DNA of 59,933 nucleotides, filler included, from Dugesia japonica (Eukaryota): NCBI GenBank assembly GCA_001938525.1. It is 6 parts of 6 records of this genome, joined end to end, with 100 filler letters (N's around TTAATTAATTAA, not from the genome) between each part and the next. Parts side by side here need not be neighbours in the genome. Positions count along the whole stretch, not along the records: positions 47,785 to 59,933 come from MQRL01608489.1; 5 more parts are not named here. One strand, written 5' to 3'. The notes under the pieces are model-generated. The model saw only the letters and a list, made by a program, of their open reading frames with translations, made no database searches and had not been told where the DNA came from. Shown here piece by piece: positions 53,326-59,933 of the stretch. The translations under genes were made by a program, and so were the position numbers. The stretch's first letter is position 1. Each line of letters starts with the position of its first letter.

Positions 53326-55499
53326 TATTATATTATAAAAAATGACATTATTTTTCTTTACCTTTTGTTTTGTGAGAAGAAAATTAGGTAGAGACTTAAC
53401 AAACAGCGTGTAACAGAATAAAGACGAAGCATTTAAAGAGGGATAGTGGCTATTAAGAAAACCACAAATAAAAGATTGCTATATGAAAGGCCATACCAGA
53501 TAGTGTGATTTGTATCAGTACATCAAGTAGAAATCAAGTTTCCAAATGGCGTAAATAAAATGAATAAAAAGATAGAAAACGTTTTGAATGGAGAATTGAG
53601 GAAATTTAAATAGTGTCTAATATAAAATAACTTTCAGACTTTTTTATTAAAAAATATTTTAAGTAATTAGTTTTTGTTCCATTATAATAGATGGTAAAGA
53701 TATTGTAAATTCCAACTGACTATAGGTGCTTTATAAGTGCTCAGATAGTATGATATAGAATACTTTAATATTAATTTTTGCGGACAATGTTAATATTAAT
53801 ATATTTTGTTTTGTTTTATTAATATTTATTTTCCAAAACGTCATTTCAAAATTTTATACGAGTCATGCTACATTCAGTGAAATATCTCAATGTAATAAGA
53901 TTCTTCATTTTACGTTATACGAATGAGACAATTTTAACTAAGTTTATGGATATTTACGATAAATAGCACTTCAATATACCACATTATACCATTCAATTAG
54001 TCAGTTTAGAAATGCACGTGAATAAGTGCTTGAGACGAAGAGTGAGCATCTAAATTAACAATCTGATGAAGAGAAAACGCAATGTACCAGTATTGTTATA
54101 GATAAAATATCGTAACAATTTACCAAATATTGCTACTCACTTTTCATATATTTTTAATAGCAATTCATGTGTAGAATGACTTTTTAAGGAAAAGTTAAAA
54201 TTAGAATAATGCTTTTAGATTATTTTTATAGTAAAGTAAATTTATGATGAAAATTGTTTCTTAAAAATTAAGCTGTATTAATATTCAGAAATTAGATGCA
54301 CATTGGAAAACTTTTGTAAAAAAATTGGGTTTTTGAAATATTGAATGGTATGAATTAACTCCATTCAAGTTTTATGTTTGGCAATTTTCATTGAGTAATT
54401 ATTAATTGTGAATTATCTTTGTTAATTGTAATTATTAGTATATTTAGAAATAACTTGTTTAATTAATCAAGAAAGCGAATTTTTTAAGTTATGATCCAAT
54501 TCATGTAAATTTTTTATTATTTAATAATTTAGAAATTTTGAGAAGTTTGGTCTCCTATTAATAAAGAATCCGAAAATATTGTAATTACACAAGGCCTGCG
54601 AACATTGAAGAACAATTCGAAAACAAGCAATAATATTACGACAACAGATGTCGTAAATTCTGCATAGGAACATCAATATACTTTAGGGTATCTCGTTTCT
54701 TCTCACAAACATACATCGATTATCGAATTTGTGGTTTCTAATAATATGATTCAAATTATGAACAAACAAAATTCGGCTGAAGTAATAAATGAAATCGCAT
54801 TCTGTCCAATATAAGTTCCATATTTAGCAACAATTCAGACGAACGGAAGAATACAAGTGATGTAATAATAAATCAATTGTGTAGTATTGAAAAACTGCAC
54901 AGATATTTTGCACTAATTTATAAATTTTTATTAATTATTATTTTATGTTTTGATAAATTATTATGAATAATATTGTTATTATCAAAACTTTATTTATTAC
55001 ACATTTTCAGGTGAATATGTATACGAAGTAACCGAAACCATATTAATACGGAACATTGAATCACTTCCATTTTTTGAACCTTTAATATAATAATATTTCT
55101 AATAAAGTGTCATTTACTCGGATTATGTTGTCTTGGCTGGATGTTAGTTCGAACTTTTTATAAATTATTAGGATAAATTAGTGCCTAAGTTCAAAAATAT
55201 CTTTATGACAAGAGTTTTTAATTTCACTTATGATTAAACATGTTTTTTAAATTAATTGACCGAATTTGCGTAAAAATAAAACCAAATTGACCTCATCGAG
55301 TAAATTTCCAACCAAGCTTAAAAAATAATGCTTAAAAAATTAAAAGCCTAAAATTTGAAATTATTCGCCAAACTTTTCAAAATACGATTAAAAATTATGT
55401 AATAATCGCACATAAATTTTGCTCACCAGCTAAAAAAGACTGAAAAATTCTATACGAATTTAAAAGAAATTCCACCGATTCAATAATTAATCTAATGAC

Positions 55500-55681
55500 A
55501 TAATTTGTTGCAAAATATTATCTGGGTCACTTAATAATCCTATTTCGTAATATTACCTAATATGATGTCATATTTTAAATTCCCAACTAAATGATTTAGG
55601 ATTATGTTTCGTTGCATCACTAATCCGGTTGGGTGGGGGTACTGAATGTGTGGTGGCTACGACCGCTACTTTTCCACTACT
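55500..55681 (-). mobile_element. Right terminus of a Polinton-like element
   Basis: Reverse complement reads AGTAGTGGAAAAGTAGCGGTC..CACACATTCAGTACCCCC..GGATTAGTGATG, related to 19380-19450. Confidence 0.55.
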
Positions 55682-57079
55682 AATCTTTATGGCAAGGGTT
55701 CTTAACTTCACTTGTGAATAAACATGTTTTTGTCAGGCAGGTTGGTATAATCTTACATACTCTTTTAACTGTTTGGGTAACCATATAGATATGACTTATG
55801 TTCGTACCAAAATGACGAACATGCAAAATTTATATATATGCAAGATTTCACAAATAGGATGGCATCGAAAGAGTTATTTATCAAATATAATTCATTTAAA
55901 TGTAGAAAAACATTTTTAAATTATGGTATTTAATTTTTAATTTAGTAATTATTTTTTTAAAAACGAGTAAAAATTCGCTTTTAATTTTTTTGGTTTAATT
56001 TAAATTTTTAAAGAATATTTTGTGATTATGTTTAAAAGTTTTTGCTGATTGTGAGTGTTATTTGATTAATAAACTTGATAATGGATTCAGAATTTTCTAT
56101 TTTATCAAATAAAAAGTTACGCAACACGCTGAATATAATTTTTAATATTATTTTAATAGTATTAATCAAATAAGTGGTTTTCTAATGTGATTTTCTGTAA
56201 TATTTAAATGAATAATATAAAGTATAAAGTATATAAATTAATAAATAATGAATTTTAATTTGTTAATTGAAGGCAAACGTTGTTGTTTAATACCTAGTGT
56301 TTAACGAAATAATAATATTAAATGCCTATAATAGCGACCCTTTGAAATTGTAAAAACTTAAATACCTTGAAGTATGATACAATAATAGTATGTACTGTAA
56401 TAGTAAATAATTCGAATATTTAATGTAAAATAAGGAAACATAAGCATTTGGTGTATCGATGAACTTTATTGTAATTCTATTTATTTGGAGAATACTGTGG
56501 TTAACGAGTGTGTTTCACACGTCGTAAATGATAATATTAACACTGAAAAAGTGTGGATATTATATAATACCAATATAATGTGTATTTTAATACTATCAGT
56601 TAAAATATTTTAAAATTTAGTTCTATAAATAAGTAATCAACAATTTTGATCTAAGATATTACATAAAAACAATAAAGCATGTATTTTAAAAGTTGGAGAT
56701 AACTGATATTCGAAAAGAAGCACTTATTTATTTTAACTTTATAACTACAAAACAAATTTATTACATCCATTATACTAAACAATACACAATTATCAATTAA
56801 ATGCTCTTTGTGAATAAGTAAAAGTGGTAATTAATATTAATTGCTTGATAAAGAATACAATTTGATATTTATTTAGAATAATATTTTAAATAATCTAAAT
56901 TTGTAATCTAATTTTATAACAATGAATTCATTCTATAAAAGTTATGAAAAGAACTTTAGCAATTTTATTAGCGAAATAAAATGTTCAGGGGTGAATAAAT
57001 AACTGACAATACTAATAATTAATAGGACTAATAAATTATATTAAAAAAATGAATGCATGAACGATTTGAAAATAAAATA

Positions 57080-57344
57080 AGGTTTTGATGGAATTGTATC
57101 CAAATTTAAAGGTGAATTTCATATGCCAGGTTATAATTTCTGCGGACCGGGCACTCGTACGGAATATAAACTTGATGAACTTAAACAACCAATGTTTGAT
57201 AGTATGCAAATTAATTCATTAGATGCTGATTGTATGGTACATGATATACAATGTGGTGATAAAAATTTAACAAAGAGATTTGGAGCTGACATGGATTTAA
57301 TTCAAAATTTACATATTGAAAGCAATACATGGGAAGAATCGTGA
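57080..57344 (+). pseudogene. Parvovirus VP1u-like phospholipase A2 (PLA2X) domain, adintovirus/Polinton type, probably decayed
   Basis: GEFHMPGYNFCGPGT (Ca-binding loop)..INSLDADCMVHDIQC (HDxxY with Y>C)..RFGADMDL. Confidence 0.8.
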
Positions 57345-58964
57345 TCATAATAAAGATAAACAGACAGAATGTGTTATTATTAGTTATTCCTTCAAGTAAA
57401 TCATCATGTAATCCAGTCCATGTTAAAATTTGAAAGAATTAATTTTGATGAATTTAACTGTAATCTGCTGTCAGATCATGATTTTTCCGAAGATGAAAAT
57501 CTCGACAACACAGAGTACGACTGTAAAACCAATTTCACAAACCTTTATCGTGACAAATATTCATGTGGAAAGATTCCTGTCTCGTAGTGTATGATAGTTT
57601 ATAACTAGAATTAGTTCCTATTTCAGCTAGACAAGTCGCATACTATGGCCAAACACTTATTGAACAGACAAAATGTGTGCCAATTATCTTCAACCAGAAT
57701 CCAGAATACTAAGCCAGTTCAAATTTTTCGGACAAGGAGGGGATCTAAAGTATCTAAAAGGAAACCATTTATGGAAAGTTGAGGAAAGCTAAGGATAATT
57801 TCATGAGAATGGCAAGAAACTTTATTTTAGAGAATATTTATTTATTTTTTAAAAATGGCAAAGAAGTCAGCGGATAAAGGAGTCACTTTATAACTCTTCA
57901 TTTTTCAGATCATACTGGAATGAAAGCCATGAAATAATAGAAGAGTGATTTCTAAAAATAGGCTTATAAAACACAACAAAGAGACTTAATTTAGACATAC
58001 AAATCTAATCCAAAATTTGATTAATTCAATCAATATTCTAGAAAACAGAAATAAACTCATTAGTCAATTAAATCAACATTCAAAAGAGATTTTATTTTGA
58101 AAAAAAATAGTATGATCCTGACAATAATTATTTTAATTATTTCGATAAACTCTATTTTTATCATCTGTGTATATTTCACTTGATCTCATGTAAAAAATTT
58201 TGTTTATTTTATTCATTTGAGAAATAATCGATTATTCTACCAATATAAACCGCAAGCTATCTGCATTACACAAGAAACACAAGCATAAATTGATTGATAT
58301 AGCAATCAATTTTATTAAACATTTTAATTATACAATTGTTTTCAGGAGAAAAAGAAACTAAATTATATCCCATTCAAATGAATAAATTAACTGAAAGGAT
58401 GGATCAATAAAGAATTCATGAAAATCTATTTGGGATATTTTAATTATTATAACAATGTAATAAAAAAATAATTTTAATTTTTTGATAAATATTTTATATT
58501 GTGAAATATTAGAATTTCATTTATAATTAAAATAAAGTGAAAATTTTATATACACATTTTACAAAAAATAATTTAAAATAAATAAAAATTATAAATGAAT
58601 TTAAATAATTAATTATAAAATAAATTTAATTGATTTCATTTTATTCGGAAAAATATTTGCTTAAAAAAATTGTTGAAGATATTAAAAAAAAATATATATT
58701 AATGAAAATTTTATTATTTTTTGTAACTAAAGTAAAGTAAACAATTTCTAAATATTTTTCAATAAAACTATTGTTTAAATATAAAAACTAATATAACTAA
58801 TAAATTAGAACAAATTATTAAAATTGATAAAATATTAATATACTAAATCTGTCCAATGAAAAAGTGGATTTGTAGATTTCAATATTTATTTTGTTTATTT
58901 TTCAGGAAAAAATTTTCAATATTTAATTGATACCCTTTCAGAAGAAAAGAAAATACTGCTCGTA

Positions 58965-59260
58965 AAAATGGAAATGATCAAACCACACTAAGGGACGATC
59001 GAGGAATTATGTAATGCTTTTAATTTCAGTGAAAATTATTCAAGAAATTTGCTTGATATATTCTTTGAACGTGGCACATTTGGATCGGAAGCAGGGCTCA
59101 GGAAGACCTCATATTGACAATTATAAAGAGCAACGGGCAAAAGTATTCAAAACCATTTGTAAGCGCCACTCCAGCAGCATCCGCTACATTTCAGAATAGG
59201 TCAATATTCTGAAAAGTAGTGTTCAAAGAATTGTTACAAATGAACATTTCAAACTTGTCG
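58965..59260 (+). pseudogene. Tc1/mariner transposase N-terminal HTH remnant
   Basis: LDRKQGSGRP..SSIRYISE*VNILKSSVQRIV. Confidence 0.6.
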
Positions 59261-59933
59261 GAAAGCTAAGACTGAAATGATTCTGACAAAATCACCATAA
59301 TGAATGAGATACATGAATATTAATCATTTACTCGCAATATTTCAAGGTTAGCAAGAGAAGAAATACAGATATCTACATGTAGGCAATGTTGATTCATATG
59401 TAAACAAAAATTTAGAAGATTCAGATTGCAGATATTTATTAATTTATTGAATGCATAGAAAGTCAAATTCACCCTACTGAAAATATTTATTTAAGTAAAT
59501 CAATTTCAAGTGAACAAAATGTAGTATGTACTAGAACTGGATATACTGTTGAGAATCCAGTTCCATAGTTCTATAAACATGCATGTGGAGATGTAGAGAA
59601 CAAAAGTTATGGGTTACATCATATTGACAAACTATCGTATCCGGTGAATTTGGTTATTACGGATAATCGCTCAGTGAATTATTATTATGCACTTTAATAG
59701 AAAGTCGAATCCATATGGTTACCAAAATTCGTTTAAGTAAATCATTTTTCACNNNNNNNNNNNNNNNNNNNNNNNNNNNNNNNNNNNNNNNNNNNNNNNN
59801 NNNNNNNNNNNNNNNNNNNNNNNNNNNNNNNACAGGTTAGGTCCCTTATTATTTTCAAATTATTTATTTCTCGGATCTAGAATTGAAGTTTCCGTGGAAT
59901 TGTGAATATATCCGAGATCGCAAAGTTTCAAAC

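Overview
Very AT-rich, repeat-dense eukaryotic DNA, not prokaryotic. It has (AAT)n microsatellites, spliced exons and decayed transposons; composition and element types suggest a planarian-like flatworm (inference only). The window is not one contiguous locus: five identical artificial spacers (44 N + TTAATTAATTAA + 44 N, linker at 9832, 19541, 29084, 38193, 47729) split it into six pieces of about 9-12 kb. (1) 1-9787: minisatellites, Penelope-like remnants with hammerhead motifs, and a TIR/TSD-bounded hAT pseudogene. (2) 9888-19496: a decayed Polinton/Maverick with ~0.9 kb TIRs, pPolB, integrase and packaging ATPase, interrupted by a Ty3/Gypsy pol fragment and a short hammerhead-bearing insert with a 14-bp target duplication. 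(3) 19597-29039: mostly non-coding, with one large Ser/Asn-rich host exon. (4) 29140-38148: a (proto)cadherin exon, a MITE and a compact CCAAT/TATA/Inr promoter. (5) 38249-47684: nested pogo/Tigger, hAT-Charlie and piggyBac pseudogenes. (6) 47785-59933: the most striking feature, a virus-like cassette with two different, uninterrupted SF3 helicase ORFs in tandem (CRESS Rep-type and parvoviral NS1/papillomaviral E1-type), an unannotated overlapping Cys/His/Trp-rich frame behind a strong splice acceptor, and a palindrome/G-tract terminus. A PLA2X remnant and Tc1/mariner fragments lie further along. All family calls come from motif recognition by eye, not database searches.
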